From assembly GCA_963763475.1 (NCBI GenBank), contig CAVXOR010000003.1:174334-238333 (forward strand): a stretch of DNA of 64,000 bases, written 5' to 3'. Every line of letters starts with the position of its first letter. Positions within the stretch are counted from its first letter, which is position 1. The notes beneath the pieces are model-generated. The model worked only from the letters and a program-made list of their open reading frames with translations, did not search any database and was not told the origin of the DNA. A program made the position numbers and the translations under genes. Below are positions 26,872-35,627 of the stretch, piece after piece. This stretch comes from an uncultured Actinomycetes bacterium. GTDB taxonomy: Bacteria > Actinomycetota > Thermoleophilia > Gaiellales > Gaiellaceae.

Positions 26872-27729
26872 TCAGCTAAGGAGCGGCGTGACCTCGGCGC
26901 CGAAGCGGCGCACGAGCTCTTCCAGCTCGGGTGCCTCGTGGCCGAGGTTGACGACGAAGCCGTCGCAGCCCGCCTCGAGGTATTCGCCCAGCCGCTCGGC
27001 GATCCATTCGGGCGGCCCCTCGATCGCGTGGCGGCCGCGCTCGTCCTCGCCCGTCTTCGGCTCGTCGGCGAAGTACGTGCTGATGCGGAGCACCGTGCGG
27101 CCCTCGAAGCCGCGACCGAGCTCGCGCAGCTCCTCGGGCGAGAGCGCCACCGGGTGCCAGACGCCGGTCTTGGCGGCGCGCCGCAGCGTCGCGCGCGAGA
27201 CGCCCGCGACCCAGATCTCCGGCCGCCGGACGAGCGCCGGCGCGAGCCAGCCGTCAAGGGACAGGTGCTCGCCCTCGAAGCGCACGCGACCCGGCATCTG
27301 CTCGAACGCGGCCGCGGCCAGGTCGAGCCATTCGTCAAGCAGCTTCCCGCGCCGCGCGAACGGCGCGCCGAGCGTCTCGAACTCGCCTTCCATCCAGCCG
27401 GCCGCCACCGCCGTGACGACCCGGCCTCCGGAGAGGAAGTCGAGCGTCGTCAGCTGCTTCAGCGCGACGAGCGGGTCACGGGCGGGGACGATCAGCGCCG
27501 AGACGCCGAGCTGCAGCCGCTGCGTGCGGCCGGCGAGGAAGCCGAGCGAGACGAGCGCCTCGGCGATCGAGCCGTAGATCGCCGCGTGTTCGTCGGGCAC
27601 GACGAGGTGGTCGGTCACCCAGCCGGAGTCGAAGCCCGACTCCTCGGCGGCAAGCGCGCACGCCGCAAGCCGCTCCGCCTCGAGGCCGTCGCCGTAGTTC
27701 GGGAGGATCAGGCCGAGGTGGAGCGGCAT
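26872..27729 (-). CDS. Luciferase-like (LLM-class, probably F420-dependent) oxidoreductase
   Basis: 285 aa; GLILPNYG..., WVTDHL, SGGRV... are typical LLM TIM-barrel motifs. Confidence 0.8.
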   Translation of the reverse strand: MPLHLGLILPNYGDGLEAERLAACALAAEESGFDSGWVTDHLVVPDEHAAIYGSIAEALVSLGFLAGRTQRLQLGVSALIVPARDPLVALKQLTTLDFLSGGRVVTAVAAGWMEGEFETLGAPFARRGKLLDEWLDLAAAAFEQMPGRVRFEGEHLSLDGWLAPALVRRPEIWVAGVSRATLRRAAKTGVWHPVALSPEELRELGRGFEGRTVLRISTYFADEPKTGEDERGRHAIEGPPEWIAERLGEYLEAGCDGFVVNLGHEAPELEELVRRFGAEVTPLLS

Positions 27730-27747
27730 TGCGGCGGAAGCTATCGC

Positions 27748-28128
27748 CTAGAAGGAGCCCCTGGCGATCAGGACGCCGCGGGCGGTCTTCACCCGGATGA
27801 TCGTGCCGGCGCCGACTGCGGGCACGGCGCTGTTCCGGCGCTCGATGTGGGCGGCCCCGAGCGCGCCGACCTTGGCGCTGCCGAGCCGGTTCGCGCCGAC
27901 GTAGAACGTCACGGTCTTGCCGGCGAGCCGGCGGACGTGCTCGACCTGGGCCTCGAGCTCGCGCTCGCCGGGCTTCGCCTTGAAGGTCGCCGAGCCCTTC
28001 GCGGCCGGGAACGCCTTCGCGGGCTTGAGCACGATCCGCGTCCCGCCGCCACCGGCTGCCAGCACGGTGGGGACAGACACGGCCAGCACCAGCGCCGCCG
28101 CTGCGAGAAACGTGGTGATGCGCTTCAT
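27748..28128 (-). CDS. Hypothetical secreted protein
   Basis: ATG at 28128 after GGGAGG. Signal peptide MKRITTFLAAAALVLAVSVPTVLA. Confidence 0.6.
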   Translation of the reverse strand: MKRITTFLAAAALVLAVSVPTVLAAGGGGTRIVLKPAKAFPAAKGSATFKAKPGERELEAQVEHVRRLAGKTVTFYVGANRLGSAKVGALGAAHIERRNSAVPAVGAGTIIRVKTARGVLIARGSF

Positions 28129-28284
28129 CTCGAACCTCCCTGGGTGGTTTGAACCTCTCGACCAGGAAGCTACGAGGGTGCCCGTCAAGGCCGGGCAAAC
28201 GCGGGCAAGGCCTTGGCCCGGGTTGGGTTAAACCTTGGTAGGGAGGCCGGGGCCGCGTCGCCGCGACCCCGGCCCCATTTCCCG

Positions 28285-29886
28285 TTACCTGCGCGCGTAG
28301 TAGATGAACTGGAAGAACAGCCCCGGCGTGAAGGTGGACGGATCGCGCATGTCCGTCCACACCGAGTTCGAGTGGCCGTCGGTGCCATAGGCCAGCCCGA
28401 TGTAGTCGCCGTGGAAGACGGCGCAGAACTCGCACCCCGGGACCTCGGCCTGGAAGAACTCCGACAGCGTCGGGTTCGACGGCGCGGTGCTGACCGTCGC
28501 CTTCGCGAACGAGCCCGGCTGGCCCTCGGCGAGGGCGGTCGTGTACGTCGGGCCATTCGAGCTGCCGCGGTCGTGGTAGAGCACGCCCAGCTTCCCGCTC
28601 AGCGGGTCGACGTCCGCCCACGGGAACCACTGGTCGCCGGCGCCGGTGTCGACGAGCGTCGGCGCGCTCCAGTTGCTGCCGCCGTTCGTCGAGCTGACGA
28701 CGAAGACGTCCGAGTTCGTGACCGGATGGTCGGAATCATGGACGCCGTGGCTGTTGTCCGAGTAGACCAGGAACAGCCGTCCGTTGACCTTCGGGTCGGC
28801 GACGATGTTGCCGGCGCCCCAGACGCGTACCTGGTAGCCGGTCAGCGTCTGGCGGCCGTCGACGTTGATCGGGTAGTCGCGCGAGCCGTCCTCGAGACCG
28901 GCTGCGAAGCTCGGGTTCGACCAGTGGTTGCCGCCGTCGGCGGAGCTGACGACCAGGTACTGGTCCTCGAACTCCTCGTCCGGCTCCCAGAGCGCCAGGT
29001 TCTGGCTGTTCATGAAGGCGACGTAGACCGTGCCGTCGGGCCCTACCGTGGGCACCGAAACCTGGTCCTCGTCACATTCGCCCGCCCTGCCCTCGGTCTG
29101 GAACGTGCAGACCGCCGCGTTCGACCCGGAGATCTCCTGCGGCTTCGTCCAGTGCTTGCCGCCGTCGTCGCTGTGGCTCTCCAGGATCGGCGACTCGACG
29201 TACTCACCATGGTTGCCGATGAACGACGTCCAGGTCAGGTAGTTCCGCCCGTAGAAGCGCGAGGTGGGGTTGTTGTCGGTGGTGATCCACTCCTTGTCGC
29301 CGAAGTTCTGGAACCGGTCCAGGTCGCAACCCCGACCGGGCCCGACGAGCACGGGTTTGTCCCAGGTCAGTCCGCCGTCCTTCGACGGCGAGACGACGAC
29401 GTCCCCGTCGCAGGTCTCGCCGGACGGGTTGAAGCGGTAGTTCAGCGAGGAGTGCAGAGCGACCCCGTGCTTGACGTCGATCGTCGTGACCGGGTCGCTG
29501 CCCGTGCGGTGGTCCTCCTCCGTGGACATGTTCCCGGTCGACCAGGTGGTGCCGCCGTTGAACGACGTGTAGTACTGGTCGCAGCACGAGCCGTAGTCGT
29601 TCGAGCTGGCGATCATGTGCAGCGGGTTCGACGCATCGACCACGATGTTCGGCTCGTTGTTCGGAAACGGGTCGTCGCAGTCGAGCTTCGTGTTCGGGCC
29701 GCCCGAGGTCGCAGTGCACTCGAACGACCAGTTGTGCTTGGCCCCCGGGGCCGCAGCGCGCACGAACGGCGTCTTCTCGCCGCCCTCGCCCTCGCCACCC
29801 GGCGGCTCCGCGCGGACGCCCGCGGCCAGGAACAGTCCGGTGAGGGCTGCAGCCGCAAGCAGCAGCGTGAAGCGGGTCTTCGTCAT
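28285..29886 (-). CDS. Secreted BNR/Asp-box repeat protein (sialidase-like beta-propeller)
   Basis: Signal peptide plus at least five Asp-boxes: SFNGGTTW, SKDGGLTW, SDDGGKHW, SADGGNHW, STNGGSNW. Confidence 0.85.
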   Translation of the reverse strand: MTKTRFTLLLAAAALTGLFLAAGVRAEPPGGEGEGGEKTPFVRAAAPGAKHNWSFECTATSGGPNTKLDCDDPFPNNEPNIVVDASNPLHMIASSNDYGSCCDQYYTSFNGGTTWSTGNMSTEEDHRTGSDPVTTIDVKHGVALHSSLNYRFNPSGETCDGDVVVSPSKDGGLTWDKPVLVGPGRGCDLDRFQNFGDKEWITTDNNPTSRFYGRNYLTWTSFIGNHGEYVESPILESHSDDGGKHWTKPQEISGSNAAVCTFQTEGRAGECDEDQVSVPTVGPDGTVYVAFMNSQNLALWEPDEEFEDQYLVVSSADGGNHWSNPSFAAGLEDGSRDYPINVDGRQTLTGYQVRVWGAGNIVADPKVNGRLFLVYSDNSHGVHDSDHPVTNSDVFVVSSTNGGSNWSAPTLVDTGAGDQWFPWADVDPLSGKLGVLYHDRGSSNGPTYTTALAEGQPGSFAKATVSTAPSNPTLSEFFQAEVPGCEFCAVFHGDYIGLAYGTDGHSNSVWTDMRDPSTFTPGLFFQFIYYARR

Positions 29887-30003
29887 CGATCTCCCCTTCC
29901 GTTGACGCCAATCCCGCGCCGACCGTATCGGAGCCCGGAGTCGTTTGTCGAGCTAGAGCCGGGGGTAGTCCCGGCCCTCGTGTCGTGGCGCACGCTCTCC
30001 GAG

Positions 30004-30603
30004 ATGGACCTCCAGTTCGCGCGCTCGCGTAGGCGCGCGACCACCAGACGCAGGCTGCCGCCCAGGCGGAGGCCGCTGGCCTGGCGCAGCGTCCGCGCCG
30101 GAGCGCTCGCCCTGCTGCTGCTGGCGGTGGTGGCGGAGTCGACCAGGCTCGAGAGCTCGAACGCCAAGCCGCCCGTGCATCGCGCCGCGGCCGCGCCGGC
30201 CGTGGGCGTGACCTGTCCGGTACCGCGGCCGTTCCGTTCGGCCTTCGCTACCGCCTCGGCCAAGACCGGCGTCCCGCTCTCGCTGCTCGTCGCGACGGCC
30301 TACGAGGAGTCGCACATGAACCCGAACGCGCACTCCCGGGCCGGGGCGACCGGCTTGCTCCAGCTGATGCCCGCGACCGCGCGCGAGCTGCGGCTGAACG
30401 GCAACGACCCCGCCACGAACGTGTTGGCGGGCGCGCGCTACCTGCGGCTGATGATCGACCGCTTCGGCTCGCTCGACCTCGCCCTGGCTGCGTACAACGC
30501 GGGACCGAGCGCCGTCGAGCGAGCGGGCGGCGCGCCGACCACGGCGACGCTGCGCTACGTGAAGAACATCGAGGCCCGCGAGGGCCTGCTCACGGGCTGC
30601 TAG
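30004..30603 (+). CDS. Lytic transglycosylase (SLT domain), membrane-anchored
   Basis: In-frame ATG at 30004 within the spurious long ORF 28213..30603. EESHMNP...GATGLLQLMP...AYNAGP motifs. Confidence 0.85.
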   Translation: MDLQFARSRRRATTRRRLPPRRRPLAWRSVRAGALALLLLAVVAESTRLESSNAKPPVHRAAAAPAVGVTCPVPRPFRSAFATASAKTGVPLSLLVATAYEESHMNPNAHSRAGATGLLQLMPATARELRLNGNDPATNVLAGARYLRLMIDRFGSLDLALAAYNAGPSAVERAGGAPTTATLRYVKNIEAREGLLTGC

Positions 30604-30874
30604 TCGCTTCCTGCACTGGGGGAGTCGGGAAGGAACTCGACCGCCCCTGGGCCCGGCAGGCCGGGCCCCTTCGCGAGCGCCTAGCTCGCGGCTGCGATGC
30701 GCAAGCTCAGGTTCGCAGCGGGGAAGTTCCGCAGCTTGCGCTTGAGGATGTCCGCAGACATGTTGGGCCGCCTTTCGTTCCGCAGTGATACGCCGAGGAG
30801 AATTTCGGTCATCGAGGCGCCCCGCGGCATCCCTCGAAATGGCGCCGTCCGCCCCTCGTTCTAGGGTTTTTTCC

Positions 30875-31615
30875 ATGCGGTCGGCCGTCTTGCAGCGTGG
30901 ATTTGCCGAGTTCGTTGGGACGTTCACCCTGGTCTTCGTCGGCGCCGGCTCGATCATCGCCACCCACGGCGGCAACCTGACCGGGATCGCCCTGGCGCAC
31001 GGGCTCGCGATCGGCGTGATGGCCTCGGCGGTCGGCCACATCTCCGGCGGCCACTTCAACCCGGCCGTGACGTTCGGCTTCCTGGTCACCCGCAGGATCG
31101 AGATCCACCTCGCGGCGGCGTACTGGTTCGCGCAGTTCGTCGCGGCGATCCTCGCCGCCTTCCTGCTGGACGCCGTGCTCCCGCAGCAGCAGGTCGACGC
31201 GGTCAACCTCGGCGCGCCCGCCTTGGGGCCGGGCATCGGCGCGGGCGGCGGGGTCGTGATCGAGCTCGTGCTGACCTTCTTCCTGGTTTGGGTGATCTTC
31301 GCCACCGCGGCCGACCCGCGCGGTTCCTTCGCCTCGATCGCCGGCCTCGCCATCGGCTTCACGATCACGCTCGACATCTTCATGGGCGGGCCCTACACGG
31401 GCGCCGCGATGAACCCCGCCCGCGCGGTCGGCCCGGAGCTCGTGCAGAACTTCTGGAGCGACGGCTGGGTCTACTGGGTCGGGCCGCTGATCGGCGCCGC
31501 CCTCGCCGCGCTCGCGTACGACAAGCTCTACCTGCGGCCGCCCTCGCCCGAGCCCGTCGGCCCGCCGGAGACGGGGCTCGACGAGCCTCGCCCGGGCGAC
31601 GCTGCCGCCCAGTAG
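30875..31615 (+). CDS. MIP-family channel (aquaporin / glycerol facilitator)
   Basis: Two NPA boxes (HFNPAVT, MNPARA) and six TM helices. ATG at 30875. Confidence 0.9.
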   Translation: MRSAVLQRGFAEFVGTFTLVFVGAGSIIATHGGNLTGIALAHGLAIGVMASAVGHISGGHFNPAVTFGFLVTRRIEIHLAAAYWFAQFVAAILAAFLLDAVLPQQQVDAVNLGAPALGPGIGAGGGVVIELVLTFFLVWVIFATAADPRGSFASIAGLAIGFTITLDIFMGGPYTGAAMNPARAVGPELVQNFWSDGWVYWVGPLIGAALAALAYDKLYLRPPSPEPVGPPETGLDEPRPGDAAAQ

Positions 31616-31683
31616 TCATCCCCTTCGGACGATGCACGGTCCGGCCGCGTGAGACGATCCTGTGAGCGAGCAAAGGAGCACCC

Positions 31684-31857
31684 ATGTGGTGGGGAATCGG
31701 AATCGGAGCGTTCTTGTACATGGTCCTGCTGGTCATCTTCGGCCTGGGGCTGGCGTACAAGGGGCGCTGGGCGCTGTTTTTGATCGGGTTCATCTTCCCG
31801 ATCGTGTGGATCGTGGGGTACGTGGTGACGCGTAAGCCCGAGCCCGCCCAGGCGTAA
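31684..31857 (+). CDS. Small two-TM membrane protein (57 aa)
   Basis: MWWGIGIGAFLYMVLLVIFGLGLAYKGRWALFLIGFIFPIVWIVGYVV... Below the ORF-track size cut-off; found by reading the frame. Confidence 0.45.
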   Translation: MWWGIGIGAFLYMVLLVIFGLGLAYKGRWALFLIGFIFPIVWIVGYVVTRKPEPAQA

Positions 31858-31901
31858 CAGACGGGCCAGAACCGCCCCGGGAGCCGTGCTAGGTTCCCGC
31901 G

Positions 31902-32468
31902 GTGCTGCTGCTGAGTCTCTCGACAGGGCAGAAGCTCGGCCTGGGGCTGTGCGTCCTGGGCTTCGCCGGTTTCTCGCTGATCGTCTCGATGCTGGTGCCA
32001 CGCTGGTACCCGCAGTTCCCGGGACGTGGGCTGCGCGTCTTCCTCATCACCTGCGTGCTGCTGTTCGTCGGCATGATGGTCGCCGTCATCTTCGTCGCGC
32101 GCGAGACCAGCGAGGCCGAGGCGAAGGGCCCCGAGACGACCGCCGAGACCACCGCGCAGTCGACGACCAGCGCGACCACCGCCAAGGCCGCGGCGAAGTC
32201 GGTCGACGTCAGCGAAACCGAGTTCAAGATCGCGCTCCCGAAGAGCACGCTCGCGGCCGGCTCGTACAGCTTCGAAGTGACGAACGACGGCAATGCCCCG
32301 CACGACCTGGTCGTCGAGGGCAACGGCGTGGACGAGAAGACTCCGACGATCGAGTCGGGCGACTCGGCCACGCTGAAGGTCGACCTGAAGCCGGGCACCT
32401 ACGACGTCTACTGCTCGATTCCGGGCCACAAGCAGGCTGGGATGGACGTCAAGTTGACCGTCTCCTGA
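31902..32468 (+). CDS. Membrane-anchored cupredoxin (plastocyanin/azurin-like copper protein)
   Basis: N-terminal TM helices; C-terminal type-1 copper ligands ...APHDL...YCSIPGHKQAGM. Confidence 0.8.
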   Translation: MLLLSLSTGQKLGLGLCVLGFAGFSLIVSMLVPRWYPQFPGRGLRVFLITCVLLFVGMMVAVIFVARETSEAEAKGPETTAETTAQSTTSATTAKAAAKSVDVSETEFKIALPKSTLAAGSYSFEVTNDGNAPHDLVVEGNGVDEKTPTIESGDSATLKVDLKPGTYDVYCSIPGHKQAGMDVKLTVS

Positions 32469-32583
32469 GCGCGGTTGACGGCCCCGGCGCCGCCCGGTAG
32501 CGTCGGCGCACTCGGTCGAAAGGGGGAGCGATGGCTCCGCGGCGGATGCGGACTGCGGCACAGTCGGCTCCTCGGGTGCGGGC

Positions 32584-33927
32584 ATGACCGAGGCCGACGC
32601 CAATCTCCGCAAGATCGACCACATCGTCGTCCTGATGCTGGAGAACAGGTCGTTCGACCACATGCTCGGCTTCCTGACGATCGATCAGGGCCGCGAGGAC
32701 ATCGAGGGGCCGACGCCGGCGATGAAGAACGACTATCGCGGCGAGTCCTTCCACGTCCACCCGGCATCGCGGACGACGATGACCAAGGCACAGGATCCGT
32801 GCCACTCGGGCTGGTGCGTGGACGAGCAGCTCGCCCACGACTGCGGCGGGTTCGTCTCGAACTTCATGAAGACCCGCAAGAGCGGCGGCGCGAACCCCGG
32901 CATCGTGATGGCCTACCACCCGGCGGAGCACCTGCCCGTCTACGACTTTCTCGCGCGGGAGTTCTGCGTCTGCGACCACTGGTTCTGCTCCGTCCCGGGC
33001 GCGACGATGCCGAACCGCTGCTACGCGGCGGCGGGCACCTCCAACGGCCTGCGCGACAACATCAAGCCGAGCCGCCCGTACAACGTCCCCTCGTTCGTGC
33101 GTCACCTGAAGGACGACCAGTGGCGTTGGTACTCGCACGACTACGTCCCCACGATCTGGCTGCTCGACCCCGAGGTCGGCCTTTCGCTCGAGAACGTCCC
33201 GGCGTTCTTCGACCGGCGCGACGTCTTCGGGCATCGCAGCTTCATCGAGCGCGCGGCCAAGGGCGACCTGCCCGCCGTCTCCTGGATCGACCCGAACTTC
33301 TACGACCTCACGTTCGGGCCGGCGGGCTCGAACGACGACCATCCGCCCTCGGATCTCCGGGCCGGTCAGAAGCTCGTGCTCCAGCTGGTCGACGCGCTGA
33401 TGCAGAGCCCGGCCTGGCGCAGGACGCTGCTCGTGATCACCTACGACGAGCACGGCGGGTTCTTCGACCACGTTCAGCCGCCGGCCGCCGCTGACGACCG
33501 TCCGAGGATGCGGCGTTACGGGCCGCGCGTCCCGGCGCTGGTCGTCTCCCCGTACGTGACCGCCGGGTCGGTGTCGAAGACGGTCTTCGACCACACCTCG
33601 ATCATCAAGACGATCCTCATGCGCTTCTGTCGAAAGTCGAACGGGAAGCTCCCGAACATGGGCAAGCGCGTGGCGGCCGCCAGCCACCTCGGCGAAGTGC
33701 TGACCCGCTCGTCGCCGCGCAGGATCAAGCGCTCGGAGTACCAGCCGCTCCTCGACGACGCGGCGCGCTGGCACGAGGAGATGGTCCTCGACGGCGTGCC
33801 CCCGCCTGGCGAGGGCATGGCCGTGCCGCACGAGCTGACCGACTTCCAGAAGGACTTCCTCGGGGCGAAGGGCGACCTGCTGGCGGCCCGCCGTCAGCTC
33901 GCAGCGGCCGGCAAGTCGGTGTTCTGA
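32584..33927 (+). CDS. Phosphoesterase-family protein (non-haemolytic phospholipase C / acid phosphatase family)
   Basis: IDHIVVLMLENRSFDHMLG and ITYDEHGGFFDH motifs. Confidence 0.85.
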   Translation: MTEADANLRKIDHIVVLMLENRSFDHMLGFLTIDQGREDIEGPTPAMKNDYRGESFHVHPASRTTMTKAQDPCHSGWCVDEQLAHDCGGFVSNFMKTRKSGGANPGIVMAYHPAEHLPVYDFLAREFCVCDHWFCSVPGATMPNRCYAAAGTSNGLRDNIKPSRPYNVPSFVRHLKDDQWRWYSHDYVPTIWLLDPEVGLSLENVPAFFDRRDVFGHRSFIERAAKGDLPAVSWIDPNFYDLTFGPAGSNDDHPPSDLRAGQKLVLQLVDALMQSPAWRRTLLVITYDEHGGFFDHVQPPAAADDRPRMRRYGPRVPALVVSPYVTAGSVSKTVFDHTSIIKTILMRFCRKSNGKLPNMGKRVAAASHLGEVLTRSSPRRIKRSEYQPLLDDAARWHEEMVLDGVPPPGEGMAVPHELTDFQKDFLGAKGDLLAARRQLAAAGKSVF

Positions 33928-34075
33928 GACCGACCTGGTTCTCCGTTCTGACGTGTCGCTGGGCCGCCGTAGGCGAGGGGACAGTGCTCGAGCACGGCCT
34001 CTTCGCCGGAGGCGGGCCAGGGACGCGAGCGGCACCGGAGGCCGGCTTCGCCGGGCACCGGTGCCGCGGTCAGGA

Positions 34076-34167
34076 CGGAGAAGGAGGGATTCGAACCCTC
34101 GAGGCAGGGATTCTCCCCACCTAACGCCTTAGCAGGGCGCCGCCTTCAGCCACTCGGCCACTTCTCC
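34076..34167 (-). tRNA. tRNA-Ser (anticodon GCU)
   Basis: Hand fold: acceptor GGAGAAG/CUUCUCC, anticodon loop CUGCUAA, long variable arm, T-loop GGUUCGAAUCC. Confidence 0.88.
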
Positions 34168-34222
34168 GCGAGCGGCACAGGATAGCCGAGGCCCCAGGCC
34201 GCTACCCTATGCTGCGCACCTC

Positions 34223-34311
34223 GGAGGGGTGGCAGAGCGGTCGAATGCGGCGGTCTCGAAAACCGTTTCGGGCCGTTAGGTCCGACGAGGGTTCAAATCC
34301 CTCCCCCTCCG
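34223..34311 (+). tRNA. tRNA-Ser (anticodon CGA)
   Basis: Acceptor GGAGGGG/CCCCUCC, anticodon loop CUCGAAA, long variable arm, T-loop GGUUCAAAUCC. Confidence 0.88.
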
Positions 34312-34653
34312 CTAAGAACGCCGAAACCCGCTTTGGCAGGCGGGTTCCGGCCTCCGCAGGAGTTGTCCACTTCCGACGAGGAGGGAAAGGCTGACGTCAC
34401 ACTCCCGCCCAGCTCCAGCAGATCGCAGCACCGCTCGAAAGTTCCATGACCCGCATGGGTCAATCGGATCTTCTACGTGCGGCCCATACTGACAACGCCC
34501 GCGAGGGCTAGGAGGGGGCCGGGTGGATGCTGCTCTCCAGTGGGAACTGTCATCAGTCCCCACCGTGCGCCCGCCCAGCCCCCTCTGATAGATGCGCTCA
34601 GCGCCCTCGGCCTGCGCGAAGATCCAGAACCCTGGCGAGGCTCGGCAGGGTGA

Positions 34654-34992
34654 TTACCTCGAGCGAGGGTCGAGCTTCTCGGCGTACTCGCCGGCGTCGC
34701 CGGTCTTTCGGACGAGCCAGTAGTCCTCGGTCTTGGTGACCAAGGTCTCGACTTCCGGCGTGAAATGGAGTGGAAGCACGACGAACTGCCTCGGATCAGC
34801 CCTTACGGCCATGTATTCGGCATGTGTGAGCGAGATCTGGAAGGTGCAGTCAGCATTCGCGCACTCGCAGAAGTACTCGGCCGTACGGGTTTCGCCCGCG
34901 TCGTGAAAGCGTGCAACCGCGTCCTCGACGCGCTCGTTGACTTCGCGGAACAAGGTCTCGTTCTCGGTCATTCGCCTCTCGCGCTCGTCCAC
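34654..34992 (-). CDS. Conserved hypothetical protein (Cys-containing, CECANADC)
   Basis: 112-aa ORF; the start may be the internal Met (MTENETLF, about 34971). Coding-like composition. Confidence 0.55.
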   Translation of the reverse strand: MDERERRMTENETLFREVNERVEDAVARFHDAGETRTAEYFCECANADCTFQISLTHAEYMAVRADPRQFVVLPLHFTPEVETLVTKTEDYWLVRKTGDAGEYAEKLDPRSR

Positions 34993-35129
34993 ACAGCCAC
35001 CTTAGGGAATGCCGGGGCCCTGAAGGCAAATTCTCCCGCCCGCTACCTCACGGGCTTCACCTCGCTCTACGCCCTCGCTCCCCGACGCTGAGCGGCGTAG
35101 GGTCGTCGCAACCGACCAAGGAGGTTGCA

Positions 35130-35411
35130 GTGCTCGCGCGCGCAGTCACGTTCGAAGGCGTGGACAAGGAACGCATGGATCAGATGCGGCAGGAGATGGA
35201 GAGCGGCGAGCCGCCGGAGGGCCTGGAGGCAAAGGAGTTGCTCGTCCTGCACGACGCCGATGCTCAGCAGTCGCTCGTGCTCGTCTTCTTCGAGGACGAG
35301 GACGCGTACCGGCGCGGGGACGAGATCCTCGGCGGCATGGACCCGGGCGACACGCCGGGCCGCCGCACGTCGGTCACGCGCTACGACGTGGCCATGCGTC
35401 AGACGATGTAG
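35130..35411 (+). CDS. Hypothetical small protein
   Basis: AAGGAGG Shine-Dalgarno then GTG; 93 aa; followed by a strong terminator. Confidence 0.6.
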   Translation: MLARAVTFEGVDKERMDQMRQEMESGEPPEGLEAKELLVLHDADAQQSLVLVFFEDEDAYRRGDEILGGMDPGDTPGRRTSVTRYDVAMRQTM

Positions 35412-35421
35412 GAACAGCGAA

Positions 35422-35455
35422 GGCGCGCCTCCTGGACGGGAGGCGCGCCTCCCTT
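35422..35455 (+). terminator. Rho-independent terminator
   Basis: GGCGCGCCTCC-TGGACG-GGAGGCGCGCC followed by TCCCTTTCCC. Confidence 0.75.
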
Positions 35456-35498
35456 TCCCGAGTCGAGCGGTGTCGGGCGCTACCCTTGCTCGCTCCGC

Positions 35499-35587
35499 GG
35501 AGAGGTGTCCGAGCGGTCTAAGGAGCGCGACTGGAAATCGCGTATGGGCGGAAACGTCCATCGCGGGTTCAAATCCCGCCCTCTCCG
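35499..35587 (+). tRNA. tRNA-Ser (anticodon GGA)
   Basis: Acceptor GGAGAGG/CCUCUCC, anticodon stem CGCGA/UCGCG, loop CUGGAAA, long variable arm. Confidence 0.88.
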
Positions 35588-35592
35588 TCTGA

Positions 35593-35615
35593 GGGCCCGG
35601 GCGACCGGGCCCTTT
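35593..35615 (+). terminator. Terminator hairpin after tRNA-Ser(GGA)
   Basis: GGGCCCGG-GCGA-CCGGGCCC followed by TTT. Confidence 0.7.
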
Positions 35616-35627
35616 CATACTGGCGCC

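Noticed and set aside
25348-28152. A 934-aa plus-strand ORF
   Set aside because: It is antisense to the peroxidase, LLM oxidoreductase and secreted-protein genes, with a low-complexity Arg/Glu/Ala composition and no domain motifs.
28213-30003. The N-terminal ~600 aa of track ORF 28213..30603
   Set aside because: This part is antisense to the BNR/Asp-box protein gene. Only the part from the ATG at 30004 (SLT lytic transglycosylase) is credible.
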